DNA of 49,220 nucleotides from Dehalococcoidales bacterium (GCA_034411815.1 DAOUMH010000005.1:1-49220); one strand, 5' to 3'. Positions 1 through 10,102 are shown, counted from the stretch's first letter. Program-made: numbers and translations. The notes: generated from the sequence alone by a model not told the origin.

Positions 1-669
1 GAACAATACGCCTTGCACATCACCCAAAAATTAGGTATCTATGCCCATAATGTTGCCTGCACCCCCTTCCCCTTGGAAAAAGTCCGTGCTACATTATGTA
101 AAGAAGACTCTGCCCTACTGGAGCGAACTGAACAGGATATACTGACGATGACCCCTACAGTAGACGATAATAAGATTAAACAGAGCCTGGACTACTTCTT
201 TTATCAGAAGCTACCAGCCATCAATCTAGGTGCGGCGATAAAAGAGATAAAGCCAGTGGGTGGACACCGCAAAGTGGACGCTTTGAAGAGGTTTGCTGAT
301 AGCCAGGGACAAGCCTTATCCAAATGGATAGTGATTGGTGATAGCATTACTGATTTTAGGATGCTTCAGGCAGTGGAATCGGAGGGAGGAATAGCCATCG
401 CCTTTAATGCCAACGAGTATGCCCTGCCCCAGGCAACAATGAGTCTGGCTTCCACATCCATTAGCGACCTGACCGAAGTATTTGAGGTATGGCAGAAGGG
501 CCAGAGAAAAGGTGTAGAGAGCATGGTCAAAGCGAAGGAAAAGGCTGGAGGGACGGGAGACAGAGGCTACTTCCACTGGCTATCTGGCAGGAAGGATATA
601 GCCGAGGTTATTGACATTCATAAGAGAATAAGGCAACTGGTAAGAGAGAATGCCGGCAAGCTAGGGTGA
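1..669 (+). CDS. HAD-superfamily hydrolase-like protein (EhaR-like), 5' end outside the window
   Basis: Frame 1 is open from base 1 (EQYAL precedes the listed TTG at 13), so the N-terminus lies upstream. It has the C-terminal HAD motif 'VIGDSITDF' (GDxxxD) and 'IAIAFNANEY'. It resembles HAD-like proteins annotated as energy-converting hydrogenase A subunit R, recognised from memory only. Confidence 0.5.
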   Translation, partial: EQYALHITQKLGIYAHNVACTPFPLEKVRATLCKEDSALLERTEQDILTMTPTVDDNKIKQSLDYFFYQKLPAINLGAAIKEIKPVGGHRKVDALKRFADSQGQALSKWIVIGDSITDFRMLQAVESEGGIAIAFNANEYALPQATMSLASTSISDLTEVFEVWQKGQRKGVESMVKAKEKAGGTGDRGYFHWLSGRKDIAEVIDIHKRIRQLVRENAGKLG

Positions 670-672
670 CAG

Positions 673-1635
673 ATGACCACTATTGAAGTAGTTGGGCTAG
701 GGGCACTGAATATAGACTGCCTGTACCGGGTGGAGCGCATCCTCGACGATGGGGAGGCAGTAGTTGCTAAGTCAATATCACTCCCCGGTGGCTCAGCCGC
801 CAATACGATTTATGGCTTAGCCAAGCTCGGGGTAAATACTAGCTTTGCCGGCGTTGTTGGCGATGACCCCGAGGGTAGAGCACTGGTGCAAGAGTTTAAG
901 AGGGTCGGAGTAGACACCAGCCAGATCAAGGTAAAGCCCGACACCAAAACAGGTTCAGTGCTGTGTCTCAGCGACAAGCTGGGCAAGCGCGCTCTGTATG
1001 TCTCGCCCGAGGCCAACAACCTACTGACTACAGATGACCTGGATGCAACCTACATAAACCAGGCAGGGCTGCTTCATATCTCTTCCTTTGCTGACGACAG
1101 GCAATTCAAGGTTCTGCTGAAATTGGCAGGCAGCTTAGGTTCGTCTACAAAGATCAGCTTCTCACCCGGGGCGCTGTATGCCAACAAAGGGCTAAAGGCG
1201 CTTTCCCCGATATTAGCTAAGACCTACACCCTGTTTACAAACCAGAATGAGATACGGCAACTGACCGGGATGGATTTTAAACAGGGTGCTGAGGCTTGCC
1301 TCGAGCGAGGCTGCCATATAGTCATCGTCACCCTGGGTGAAGGTGCCAGCTATAAAGCTGCTATGGCTACCAGTTACATCAGAGACATTGAGAATGAATA
1401 TATGATTGAGCCCTGCAGTAAAAAGATACCTGCCCTGGACACTACCGGAGCTGGTGATGCCTTCGCCACCGGTTTTCTCTACGGACTGCTCAACGGCAAG
1501 GAGCTTAAAGAGTGCGGCCAACTTGGTGATACTGTAGCCAAGTTCTCCATTGCCAAGATAGGAGCCAGACAGGGCTTGCCCACCCTCGGAGAACTATCTC
1601 AACACTATCAAGCCCTCTATAATAAGCAATTATAG
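673..1635 (+). CDS. PfkB-family carbohydrate/ribokinase-like kinase
   Basis: 320-aa ORF. The N-terminal 'VVGLGALNIDCLY' and the C-terminal PfkB signature 'DTTGAGDAFATGFLYG' are present. It starts 4 nt after the upstream stop. Confidence 0.8.
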   Translation: MTTIEVVGLGALNIDCLYRVERILDDGEAVVAKSISLPGGSAANTIYGLAKLGVNTSFAGVVGDDPEGRALVQEFKRVGVDTSQIKVKPDTKTGSVLCLSDKLGKRALYVSPEANNLLTTDDLDATYINQAGLLHISSFADDRQFKVLLKLAGSLGSSTKISFSPGALYANKGLKALSPILAKTYTLFTNQNEIRQLTGMDFKQGAEACLERGCHIVIVTLGEGASYKAAMATSYIRDIENEYMIEPCSKKIPALDTTGAGDAFATGFLYGLLNGKELKECGQLGDTVAKFSIAKIGARQGLPTLGELSQHYQALYNKQL

Positions 1636-1639
1636 AGGG

Positions 1640-2266
1640 CTATTTCTTGCCGGATTTAGCTTCATCTTTGGTCGGCTTGTTCAAGATTTCATCCACAATG
1701 CCATATTCCGTTGCCTGCTCCGGGTTGAGATAGAAGTCCCGGTCGGTGTCATGGACAATCTTTTCCATGGGCTGGCCGGTATGCTTGACTAGAATACCCC
1801 GGATTAGCTCCTGCATCCGCATAATCTCACGAGCGGCAATCTCTACATCAGCTGCCTGTCCCTGAGCACCGCCAAACGCCTGGTGCAAATGAATAGTTGA
1901 GTTAGGTAGAGCATAGCGTTTGCCCTTGGCTCCGGCGCAGAGCAGTATAGTTCCCATACTGGCTGCCATCCCCACACAGATGGTCGATACCTCGGGCCGT
2001 ATAAGCTGCATAGTGTCGTAGATGGCAAGCCCGGAAGCGATGATACCACCGGGGCAATTAATGTAGAGGCTTATGTCCTTATCCGGGTCTTCCCGCTCCA
2101 GATAGAGAAGCTGGGCAACCACAACATTGGCTACCTGGTCATTAATCGGCGTGCCCAATATGATAATACGTTCTCTTAACAGGAGTGAATATATATCAAA
2201 AGCTCGTTCCCCCCTGGCACCACTTTCAATCACCATAGGTATAACATTCATCGATTGGTCATTCAT
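1640..2266 (-). CDS. clpP: ATP-dependent Clp protease proteolytic subunit
   Basis: 208 aa with '[19 protein letters not shown]', '[14 protein letters not shown]' (catalytic Ser context) and '[14 protein letters not shown]' (His). The start overlaps the tig stop (ATGAATGA). Confidence 0.95.
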   Translation of the reverse strand: MNDQSMNVIPMVIESGARGERAFDIYSLLLRERIIILGTPINDQVANVVVAQLLYLEREDPDKDISLYINCPGGIIASGLAIYDTMQLIRPEVSTICVGMAASMGTILLCAGAKGKRYALPNSTIHLHQAFGGAQGQAADVEIAAREIMRMQELIRGILVKHTGQPMEKIVHDTDRDFYLNPEQATEYGIVDEILNKPTKDEAKSGKK

Positions 2267-3581
2267 TCTTACCCTCCTTTTGTATCGTCTTAACTTCCTT
2301 ATTTGAACCCTGGGCTATCTCTACTAGCCTCTGGATAGTTTTCTGTGTAATTAACAACTGTTTAACCGATTCCTTGGACTGCGGGGAGCTCAGAAGCGTC
2401 CGCAGTTCCTCCTTCCTGTCATTAGCATCCTTCGTCATATTTTCAATCTCAGCATCTATCTCCGAATCGCCAACTTCAATCTTTTCCTCATCGGCAACCT
2501 TGCCCAACACAAGAGAGTGCGAAACCCTCCTCGTAGCTAATGGGCGTAGCTCTCCCCGTAGCTCCTCCTCCGTCTTGTTAATGATTCCAAGATACTCCTC
2601 CAAACCCCTGCCACTCATCTGCAGGCGCCTTGCTTGTTCATCAATAAGACGGTCGATTTGCATCTCTACCAAAACTGGAGGAAACTCCAGCTTGGCAAGC
2701 TCGGCCACAGCCTCTATTACCCGCTCCTCGAAATCCATCCTAGACTTCTCCTCAGCACTGACCTTAAGGTCAGCGGAGACCTGCTCTCGCAACGAATCCA
2801 AGGTTTTGCAATCAGGGTTAACACCTTTAGCAAACTCTTCATCTAACTCGGGAAGCTTTTCCTGCTTTATTTCGGTAATTTTTACTCTAAACGAAGCCTC
2901 CTTCCCTGCCAACTCATCTCTAGGATAATCCGCAGGGAACTGGAGTGTGAACTCCTTCTCTTCATCCTTACCCATACCAGACAGTTGTTCAGCAAACCCC
3001 GGGGCGGGAGAAAGCTGGTCACGGACCACCTGATACTGAACTGCCTTCTGGTTTATAAAGGGGCTATCTTCAATAGTACTCTCAACATCTAAGACAACCA
3101 GATCAGTAAACTCTACCGACCGTTCCACAGGCTCCCAAGTAGCCTGCCGATGACGTAGCTGGTCTATCACAGCACTGACATCACCTTCGGTTATTTCTAC
3201 AATCTCCGGTGCAAGTTGAACATCATGATAGTCACCAAGCTCAATCTCGGGTGACAAGGGCACTGTCGCCTTGAATATTACAGGGTCGGTCTGTGCTATC
3301 TCAACCTGGGGCTGAGCAAAAGCCTCAATCTCCTGCTCTTTAACAGCCTTCGTATAAGCCTCGGGAAGTAGCTCATTCAGCGCATCCTCAAGGAGACCCT
3401 CTCTACCCATGTAGCGCTCTAACACCTCTCGCGGTGCCTTTCCCTTGCGGAAGCCGGGAATATTTGCCTTCTTAACCAGACGGTAATAGGCCTTATCTAA
3501 GGACTCTTCTACCTCTGCAGGCTCCATCTCAATGGTCAGGAGTGCTTGCCTATTTTCTATTGCCTCGCTGGTTACCTTCAT
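2259..3581 (-). CDS. tig: Trigger factor
   Basis: 440 aa. The N-terminal ribosome-binding signature '[15 protein letters not shown]' is present, the composition is acidic, and the gene sits in the classic tig-clpP arrangement. Confidence 0.9.
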   Translation of the reverse strand: MKVTSEAIENRQALLTIEMEPAEVEESLDKAYYRLVKKANIPGFRKGKAPREVLERYMGREGLLEDALNELLPEAYTKAVKEQEIEAFAQPQVEIAQTDPVIFKATVPLSPEIELGDYHDVQLAPEIVEITEGDVSAVIDQLRHRQATWEPVERSVEFTDLVVLDVESTIEDSPFINQKAVQYQVVRDQLSPAPGFAEQLSGMGKDEEKEFTLQFPADYPRDELAGKEASFRVKITEIKQEKLPELDEEFAKGVNPDCKTLDSLREQVSADLKVSAEEKSRMDFEERVIEAVAELAKLEFPPVLVEMQIDRLIDEQARRLQMSGRGLEEYLGIINKTEEELRGELRPLATRRVSHSLVLGKVADEEKIEVGDSEIDAEIENMTKDANDRKEELRTLLSSPQSKESVKQLLITQKTIQRLVEIAQGSNKEVKTIQKEGKNE

Positions 3582-5374
3582 TATTCCTCACGCAGACGCA
3601 GGTGTAATTCGGCTAACTGCTCTTCAGTAACCGACGAGGGAGCATTAAAAGTCAAATCCATAGCGCTCTGATTCTTAGGGAAGGCAATCACCTCCCTGAT
3701 GCTCTTCTCTCCCGCCAGTAGCATCACGATGCGGTCAATGCCCAAGGCTATGCCACCGTGAGGTGGGGCACCATACTCAAAGGCCTCGAGCATGTGCCCG
3801 AATCGATCGTTCATTTCTTCATCACTATAACCCAACAATCTAAACACCTTCCTTTGAAGCTCGGCGGTGTGAATTCTGAGACTGCCACCGCCTATCTCAT
3901 ATCCGTTGCATATAATATCATAATGCTTGCCCAGTGCTTTTTCAGGGGTAGTATCCAGCAAGGACACATCCTCATCCCTGGGGGCAGTAAATGGATGATG
4001 CTCTGAATCCCACCGCCCTGCCTCCTCATCCCACCTCAGTAGCGGAAAATCCTCAACGTAACCAAAGGTAAAGCAATCAGCCTCAGCCAGATTAAGCCGA
4101 TACCCCACCTCGCGGCGTAACTCTCCCAATACAACATTGACTAGCCCGGGTTGGTCGGCAACAATAAGTAGAAGATCCCCCGCCTTTGCTCCCAGGCGTC
4201 TTGCCATGTACTTTATCTGGTCTAAGGTCAGAAATCTAGACGCCACTGACTTTACCATTTCAGGGGTTAACTCCTCCAAACCACTGTCGGCAGCTCCCAG
4301 TGGTATAGTTACCAAACCCTTAGCTCCAAGATTCTGCACCAGCTTGCTTAGTTCACTAAGCTGATTACGAGTGTAGGTAGCACAACCCGGAGCGTATATA
4401 CCCTTCACCCTGCCCCCATCGGCAACAGCATTGCGGAAAATAGAAAAGTCAGACTGGGCAGCAATATCTGTCAGGTCTCCTATCTCCAAGCCAAAGCGTA
4501 AATCAGGTTTGTCCGTCCCGAAACGCTCCATTGCCTCGGTATAACTAAGACGGGGGAAGGGCTTGGTAAACTGCACTCCAGGTCTAAGGGTTCCCACCAT
4601 AGAAGACAGGAGCTCCTCAATCAAGGTGAGGATATCCTCTTTCTCAACAAAACTCATCTCCAAATCAAGCTGAGTAAATTCAGGCTGGCGGTCAGCCCGT
4701 GTATCCTCGTCACGAAAGCACTTGACTATCTGAAAATACTTCTCCACACCAGCTACCATCAGCAACTGCTTGAGCTGCTGAGGGGACTGGGGTAAGGCAT
4801 AAAATTTGCCCGGGTGAAAGCGGCTAGGTATCAAGTAATCACGCGCCCCCTCAGGAGTGCTCTTAATCAGAATCGGGGTCTCCACCTCCATAAATCCCTT
4901 GGCATCTAAGAAATCACGAATGAACTTCATCACCCGATAGCGAAGAGTTAGCCTTTCCTGCATCCGGGTTCGGCGCAGGTCAAGGTAGCGATATTTAAGA
5001 CGGAGGTTCTCATCCACCTCAATATCCTCATTTATATAAAAGGGTGGTGTCTTTGACAGATTAAGCAACTCTGTACTCTGGGCAATGACCTCAATCTCAC
5101 CGGTGGGCAGTTTGGGATTCTCGGTTCCCGGGGGACGAATGACAACCTCCCCACTAACCCTGACCACATATTCATTGCGCATTTCATTGGCTATCTCATG
5201 ACACAGCCTCGATACCTCTGGATTAAACACTACCTGAACGACACCGCTTCTATCCCGCAGGTCAATGAATATCAGCTTGCCATGATCACGACGGCGGTCC
5301 ACCCATCCAGCCAGAGTTACCCTATTACCCAGGTGCTTTTTATTTAACTCACCACAGCTATGGGTTTTAAGCAA
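3581..5374 (-). CDS. aspS: Aspartate--tRNA ligase
   Basis: 597 aa. Class IIb motifs are present: 'FIDLRDRSG', 'QSPQQLKQLLMVAG', 'CFRDEDTRADRQPEFTQLD' and 'GGGSLRIH'. It has a TTG start preceded by AGGAGG, and its stop overlaps the tig start (TAATG). Confidence 0.95.
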   Translation of the reverse strand: MLKTHSCGELNKKHLGNRVTLAGWVDRRRDHGKLIFIDLRDRSGVVQVVFNPEVSRLCHEIANEMRNEYVVRVSGEVVIRPPGTENPKLPTGEIEVIAQSTELLNLSKTPPFYINEDIEVDENLRLKYRYLDLRRTRMQERLTLRYRVMKFIRDFLDAKGFMEVETPILIKSTPEGARDYLIPSRFHPGKFYALPQSPQQLKQLLMVAGVEKYFQIVKCFRDEDTRADRQPEFTQLDLEMSFVEKEDILTLIEELLSSMVGTLRPGVQFTKPFPRLSYTEAMERFGTDKPDLRFGLEIGDLTDIAAQSDFSIFRNAVADGGRVKGIYAPGCATYTRNQLSELSKLVQNLGAKGLVTIPLGAADSGLEELTPEMVKSVASRFLTLDQIKYMARRLGAKAGDLLLIVADQPGLVNVVLGELRREVGYRLNLAEADCFTFGYVEDFPLLRWDEEAGRWDSEHHPFTAPRDEDVSLLDTTPEKALGKHYDIICNGYEIGGGSLRIHTAELQRKVFRLLGYSDEEMNDRFGHMLEAFEYGAPPHGGIALGIDRIVMLLAGEKSIREVIAFPKNQSAMDLTFNAPSSVTEEQLAELHLRLREE

Positions 5375-5393
5375 AATCGCCTCCTGAGAATAG

Positions 5394-5422
5394 ATTATAG
5401 CTTATAGCTAAATGCTCTTCAA
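5394..5422 (-). promoter_or_regulatory. Sigma70-like promoter for aspS-tig-clpP
   Basis: Minus strand reads TTGAAG (5417-5422), a 17-nt spacer, then TATAAT (5394-5399). The AGGAGG RBS (5380-5385) and the TTG start at 5374 follow. Confidence 0.5.
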
Positions 5423-5455
5423 CTTGTGGTGTTCCTTATAACGACACACTGTAAA

Positions 5456-5484
5456 TTGACAAGCTCAAGGTTTGATACTATTAT
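5456..5484 (+). promoter_or_regulatory. Near-consensus sigma70 promoter directly abutting the COG1900 gene
   Basis: TTGACA (5456-5461), a 17-nt spacer, then TATTAT (5479-5484). The ATG is at 5494, only 9 nt after the -10, and no Shine-Dalgarno lies between them. Confidence 0.55.
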
Positions 5485-5493
5485 CTTAAAGTT

Positions 5494-6702
5494 ATGGCTA
5501 AAACAATTGAAGAGATAAACGAGAAAATACGAGAGGGTAAAGCAGTAGTAGTCACTGCTGAAGAAATAGTAGACGTTGTTAGGCAGAAAGGCTCAAAAAA
5601 AGCGGCTCAGGACGTAGATGTAGTCACCACCGGCACCTTCGGTTCCATGTGCTCATCCAGCGCCTACCTCAATATTGGTCACTCCAGGCCGCGAATAAAG
5701 CTAGGTGGTGGTAGAGCCTACCTCAACGATGTCCTAGCCTATGCCGGGCTGGCGGCAACAGACCTATACATTGGAGCCTCAGCCCTGCCTGATGACGACC
5801 CGAGAAACAGAGTCTACCCCGGTGAATTCAATTATGGTGGCGGTCATGTAATAGAAGAGCTGGTTGCCGGCAAGGACATAAGACTAGAAGCAACTGGTTA
5901 CGGAACAGACTGCTACCCAAGAAAAAAGCTTGAAACCTGGATAAATATCAAGGACATCAATGAGGCAGTGCTATTCAACGTCAGAAACGCCCTCCAGAAT
6001 TACAATGTGGCAGTGAACCTCTCTGACAAGATACTCTACACCTATATGGGCGTATTAAAACCAAATCTGGGTAATGCCAATTTTTCCAGTGCCGGGCAGC
6101 TCTCACCACTGTTGAACGACCCGTATTATAAGACTATCGGTATAGGCACCAAGATATTCCTGGGTGGCGGCACGGGCTTTATCGCATGGCAAGGCACCCA
6201 GCATAATCCCAGTGTCCCCCGTTCCGATAACGGAGTGCCCACAAGGAGTGCCGGAGCCCTGGCAGTAATAGGCGATTTGAAACAGATGAACTCCAGGTGG
6301 CTGGTAGGAACCAGTATGCTCGGCTATGGCTGCTCACTTGGTATAGGGCTCGGAGTTCCTATACCAATACTCTCGGAAGAAATCCTACATTATACTACGG
6401 TAAGTGATACTGATATTCTGGCTCCAGTTGTAGACTATTCAGAGGCATACCCGCAGTTGAAACCAGATATCTTGGGTGAGGTCAGTTATGCCCAGCTAAA
6501 GAGTGGGCGGATAACAGTTCAGGGGAAGGAAGTGCCCACCGCCTCGCTGTCCAGCTACTCGCGGGCTGTAGAGATTGCCACCATCTTAAAAGAGTGGATA
6601 CTAAACGGAAAATTCTTGCTAACCGAACCGGTGGGACCTCTGCCTGGCGTAGAATCAGGCATAGTCTTTAAACCGCTTAAGGAACGCCCGATAGAGGAAT
6701 AA
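5494..6702 (+). CDS. COG1900/DUF39 homocysteine-biosynthesis enzyme (L-aspartate-semialdehyde sulfurtransferase-like, MA1821/MJ0100 family), without CBS domains
   Basis: 402 aa. The N-terminus 'KTIEEINEKIREGKAVVVTAEEI...DVDVVTTGTFGSMCSSSAYLN' is typical of the family. It is followed directly by a NIL-ferredoxin gene, as in methanogens. Confidence 0.8.
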   Translation: MAKTIEEINEKIREGKAVVVTAEEIVDVVRQKGSKKAAQDVDVVTTGTFGSMCSSSAYLNIGHSRPRIKLGGGRAYLNDVLAYAGLAATDLYIGASALPDDDPRNRVYPGEFNYGGGHVIEELVAGKDIRLEATGYGTDCYPRKKLETWINIKDINEAVLFNVRNALQNYNVAVNLSDKILYTYMGVLKPNLGNANFSSAGQLSPLLNDPYYKTIGIGTKIFLGGGTGFIAWQGTQHNPSVPRSDNGVPTRSAGALAVIGDLKQMNSRWLVGTSMLGYGCSLGIGLGVPIPILSEEILHYTTVSDTDILAPVVDYSEAYPQLKPDILGEVSYAQLKSGRITVQGKEVPTASLSSYSRAVEIATILKEWILNGKFLLTEPVGPLPGVESGIVFKPLKERPIEE

Positions 6703-6704
6703 GA

Positions 6705-7115
6705 ATGGCTGTTTCCAAAAGAATAGTTCTACATTTTCCCAGTCGAATGGTAGACCGACCCATAGTCTACAAACTAATCAAGGACTACAACCTTGAATTT
6801 AACATACTAAAGGCTTCAATTACCCCGGAGAAGGAAGGCCTGATGGTAATAGAATTGAAAGGGAAGCAAGAAGACTATGACAAGGGTGTCAGTTATCTAA
6901 TTAAAACCGGGGTGAAGATTCAATCACTTAGCCGAGATGTCGTTCGCAATGACGAAAGGTGCACTCACTGCGGTGCCTGCATAGCTATTTGCCCTACGGC
7001 TGCCTTTGAACTTGACCTTTTAACCAGACGGGTTTACTTCCATAATGAAAAATGCGTTGCCTGCAGCCTGTGCATAAAGGCATGCCCACCTAGGGCAATG
7101 GAGCTGCATTTCTAA
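6705..7115 (+). CDS. NIL domain + 2x[4Fe-4S] ferredoxin (MA1822-like partner of COG1900)
   Basis: 136 aa. An N-terminal NIL-like domain is followed by two CxxCxxCxxxCP motifs ('CTHCGACIAICP', 'CVACSLCIKACP'). The gap to the upstream gene is 2 nt. Confidence 0.8.
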   Translation: MAVSKRIVLHFPSRMVDRPIVYKLIKDYNLEFNILKASITPEKEGLMVIELKGKQEDYDKGVSYLIKTGVKIQSLSRDVVRNDERCTHCGACIAICPTAAFELDLLTRRVYFHNEKCVACSLCIKACPPRAMELHF

Positions 7116-7118
7116 CCG

Positions 7119-7859
7119 ATGTACGAGCCCAGAACCTATCGCCACTGGGTTAATAGTAAAGGCTTGGTCTCCTTTAACCTAGTGGTAAAAGAAACAGACC
7201 TGTATATTTGTGCCTCTAGTCATCTTAAGAGAAAGGCCCTCAGGCTGGTATTAAAGTACCGTGACGCTCTGGAAAGATATATTGAACGGCACCCTACCTT
7301 CTTAACCTCCCTCAAGCCCCTTCCTGCCAGTGATGACGCTCCAAGTATCGTAAAGTCGATGTCAGAGTCAGCTGAGAAAGTCGGGGTCGGCCCCATGGCC
7401 TCAGTGGCCGGGGCTATCGCCGAAGCTGTCGGCACTAGCCTGCTCGCTTTTTCACCAGAGGTAATCATAGAAAACGGGGGCGATATCTATCTGAAGAGCC
7501 TGAGGAAAAGGTTGATAGGAATCTATGCTGGCAAGTCGCCCTTAACCGGCAAGATCGGCCTGGAAATCGATGGTGATAATACTCCACTGGGAATTTGCAC
7601 CTCCTCAGGAACAGTAGGGCCTTCACTGAGCTACGGAAAAGCCGACGCCGTTGTGGTGCTGTCTCAATCAGCCACTCTAGCTGATGCCGCCGCTACAGCT
7701 ATAGGCAACCTTATCATCCAACCCACCGACATCAATCGCGGAATCGAATTTGCCCAAGGTATAGAAGGATTAAAAGGGGTGCTAATTATTAAGGATGACA
7801 AGATGGGGCTTTGGGGTGGAGTAAAGATTTGTCAGCTATACGAGCAATATAAATGCTGA
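7119..7859 (+). CDS. UPF0280 / ApbE-like protein (COG2122, MA1715 family)
   Basis: 246 aa. The N-terminus 'YRHWVNSKGLVSFNLVVKETDLYICAS' resembles UPF0280 proteins. The gap to the upstream gene is 3 nt. Confidence 0.65.
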   Translation: MYEPRTYRHWVNSKGLVSFNLVVKETDLYICASSHLKRKALRLVLKYRDALERYIERHPTFLTSLKPLPASDDAPSIVKSMSESAEKVGVGPMASVAGAIAEAVGTSLLAFSPEVIIENGGDIYLKSLRKRLIGIYAGKSPLTGKIGLEIDGDNTPLGICTSSGTVGPSLSYGKADAVVVLSQSATLADAAATAIGNLIIQPTDINRGIEFAQGIEGLKGVLIIKDDKMGLWGGVKICQLYEQYKC

Positions 7860-7869
7860 TGGTAACTCA

Positions 7870-8382
7870 ATGGACACTGAAATCCAGCAAGTAAAAAGTA
7901 GATGGCAAAGAGTGCTAATAACTATAGTCCCAGGTATATTTCTGGGACTGGTCTTCTTAGTAGCCGGTTCCGGCAAGCTGCCGGGACAGACTGAGTTTAT
8001 CGACGCTCTCCTCAAGTCATTCTGGACACCCCCAATAGCATTTCTTATTGGATATTTCCTCCCTTGTCTTGAGCTACTCCTAGGATTGCTTTTGATTACA
8101 GGCGTGTTTCCTAGAATTGCGGCTGGTTTTTGCCTTCTGTTTACTGCTGGATTCATGGCTAATAATGCCTGGGCGTTGAGCCAGGGTATGGAGCAATTTC
8201 CCCATTGCGGGCACTGCTTCGGGATATGGGAAGAATTTTTAGGCTCCGTTTCACCACTGCAGGCCCTGTGTCTAGACATTGTGCTCTTTTGCCTAGCCTT
8301 AATCATACTGCTATTTCACCCTTCAAGCTTTCTGAATCTTCGACCGTGGTTTATTAAAACGAAAGGGCAGGAGATAGAATGA
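7870..8382 (+). CDS. MauE/DoxX-like integral membrane protein with a CxxC motif
   Basis: 170 aa with about 4 hydrophobic helices. It has 'VAGSGKL', 'LELLLGLLLITG' and an 'HCGHCFG' motif reminiscent of MauE-type proteins. Confidence 0.5.
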   Translation: MDTEIQQVKSRWQRVLITIVPGIFLGLVFLVAGSGKLPGQTEFIDALLKSFWTPPIAFLIGYFLPCLELLLGLLLITGVFPRIAAGFCLLFTAGFMANNAWALSQGMEQFPHCGHCFGIWEEFLGSVSPLQALCLDIVLFCLALIILLFHPSSFLNLRPWFIKTKGQEIE

Positions 8383-9029
8383 AACTGAACCTCGGTAAGC
8401 TAAAGCGGCTTGCCGTCTTAACCATCCTAGTTGCAGCTACCATCCTCATTGGTGGCTGTGTATCAGTCAACAAATACCCTGTTATCAGCAGCCTGGATGT
8501 TGAAAAGGACTGGGTTATACCCTCAGGCAGCTGCAACATTGAATGCATTGCCTCTGATGAAAATGGCGACAGTCTTGATTACACGTGGTCGGCCACGGCA
8601 GGCACCATTTCCGGGACAGGTTCAACTGCAACCTGGATGGCCCCCGATACACTAGGCACCTATGCCATTACAGTTAAGGTAACAGATGGCAGAGGCGGCG
8701 AAATAACAGGGCAACGGACTATGTATGTCAGTGTATCAAGCAATCAGCCTCCTGTCATTGAGAGTCTTACCACGGAGTGGCAGAAAGTAGGGAAAGCCAA
8801 AAGCTCCACTATTCGCTGTTTTGCTTCAGACCCAAATAATGATAGCCTAATCTATATCTGGTCTGTGGATGGAGGGAATATATCCGGGGAGGGAGCTAAA
8901 GTCACCTGGACAGCTCCTAATGCCTATGGAACCTATACTATCACCGTTACTTCAACCGACGGTAGAGGTGGGGAAGACAGTAAAAGCATACACATTACAG
9001 TATGTGCCTGTCCCGGTGCTGGCTCATAG
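8379..9029 (+). CDS. Lipoprotein with two tandem Ig-like (PKD-like) domains
   Basis: 216 aa with a signal peptide and lipobox 'LIGGC'. Two units of about 95 aa share the pattern 'I.SL....W......I.C.ASD.N.DSL.Y.WS...G.ISG.G....W.AP...GTY.ITV...DGRGGE'. An ATGA overlap couples it to the upstream gene. Confidence 0.6.
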   Translation: MKLNLGKLKRLAVLTILVAATILIGGCVSVNKYPVISSLDVEKDWVIPSGSCNIECIASDENGDSLDYTWSATAGTISGTGSTATWMAPDTLGTYAITVKVTDGRGGEITGQRTMYVSVSSNQPPVIESLTTEWQKVGKAKSSTIRCFASDPNNDSLIYIWSVDGGNISGEGAKVTWTAPNAYGTYTITVTSTDGRGGEDSKSIHITVCACPGAGS

Positions 9030-9127
9030 AAAGTGGCACAGCTTCGCGCTGGTGCCCCTCAATGACACAGGTGCCAATAATATAGAAAATAGTATATACT
9101 CTGAGGGGACAAAGAGGAGGGTCAACC

Positions 9128-10102
9128 ATGTTCAAGACCAGGGTTACTGAAATACTCGGTATAAAGCACCCCATACTGCTGGCTCCAATGCAGTGGCTAT
9201 CACGGGCTGAGTTGGTAGCAGCCGCATCCAATGCCGGCGGACTGGGTATTATAGCCTCCCTCACCTTCCCTACGATTGAAGAGTTTCGGCAAGAGATTAG
9301 AAAGACAAAGGGCATGACCGATAAGCCATTCGCAGTAAATATCACCCTGATGCCAACTGCTCGGCCGGTAAACCATGAAGACTACTTCAGTGCTGCCATA
9401 GAAGAGGGGGTGAATATTATTGAAACCTCAGGACGAAGCCCGGAACCATATATGAAGCTACTCAAAGATGCCAAGGTTAAGGTATTGCACAGGGCAACAA
9501 GGGTGAGGGATATTAAAACAGCCGAGCGAGTAGGGGTAGACATAGTAACCATTGACGGTTTCCCGGCTGCCGGGCATCCAGGTATGGATGATGTAGCCAC
9601 CATAGTTCTTATCCCCATAGCGGTAGACGCAGTGAAAATTCCAGTTATTGCTGCCGGCGGCATTGGCGATGCCAGGGGTTTTGTTGCTGCCCTAGCCCTG
9701 GGTGCCGAGGGAGTACTTATGGGCACCCGGTTTATGGCCAGCAAGGAGTGCCCTGCCCACCCCAAGTTTAAGGAGTGGCTACTACAACTTAAAGAGACGG
9801 ACACCATGATGATACAACGGTCTATAAAAAGCGCGGCCAGGGTAGCCCGAACGGACCATACTCAGCGGATACTGGAGATGGAAGAGCAAGGAGCTACACT
9901 AGATGACCTACTACCCCTGCTAAGTGGTAAGAGACAGGAAGCTGCCTACGCTAGCGGTGATATCAGTAACGCAGCAATGACCGTCGGGCAGGTAATAGGC
10001 TTAGTAAACGAGATACCCAGCGTAAGCGAGATTATTGAGAGCATGGTCAGTGATGCCGAGCTTACGATTCAACGTCTCCGAAACCTGGAAATTCACCCGT
10101 GA
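9128..10102 (+). CDS. NAD(P)H-dependent FMN oxidoreductase, nitronate monooxygenase / FabK-like family
   Basis: 324 aa with 'LGIKHPILLAPMQWLSRAELVAAASNAGGLGII' and 'IPVIAAGGIGDARG', typical of the PF03060-type family. The RBS AGGAGGG lies upstream. Confidence 0.8.
   Translation: MFKTRVTEILGIKHPILLAPMQWLSRAELVAAASNAGGLGIIASLTFPTIEEFRQEIRKTKGMTDKPFAVNITLMPTARPVNHEDYFSAAIEEGVNIIETSGRSPEPYMKLLKDAKVKVLHRATRVRDIKTAERVGVDIVTIDGFPAAGHPGMDDVATIVLIPIAVDAVKIPVIAAGGIGDARGFVAALALGAEGVLMGTRFMASKECPAHPKFKEWLLQLKETDTMMIQRSIKSAARVARTDHTQRILEMEEQGATLDDLLPLLSGKRQEAAYASGDISNAAMTVGQVIGLVNEIPSVSEIIESMVSDAELTIQRLRNLEIHP

Noticed and set aside
2374-2928. 184-aa plus-strand ORF antisense to tig
   Set aside because: It gives a Ser-rich, low-complexity translation opposite an acidic, well-recognised trigger factor, which marks it as an artefact.
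5375-5493. SAM or methionine riboswitch / T-box upstream of the homocysteine genes or aspS
   Set aside because: The 119-nt spacer is fully occupied by two back-to-back promoters and the aspS RBS. No leader long enough for such an element remains.
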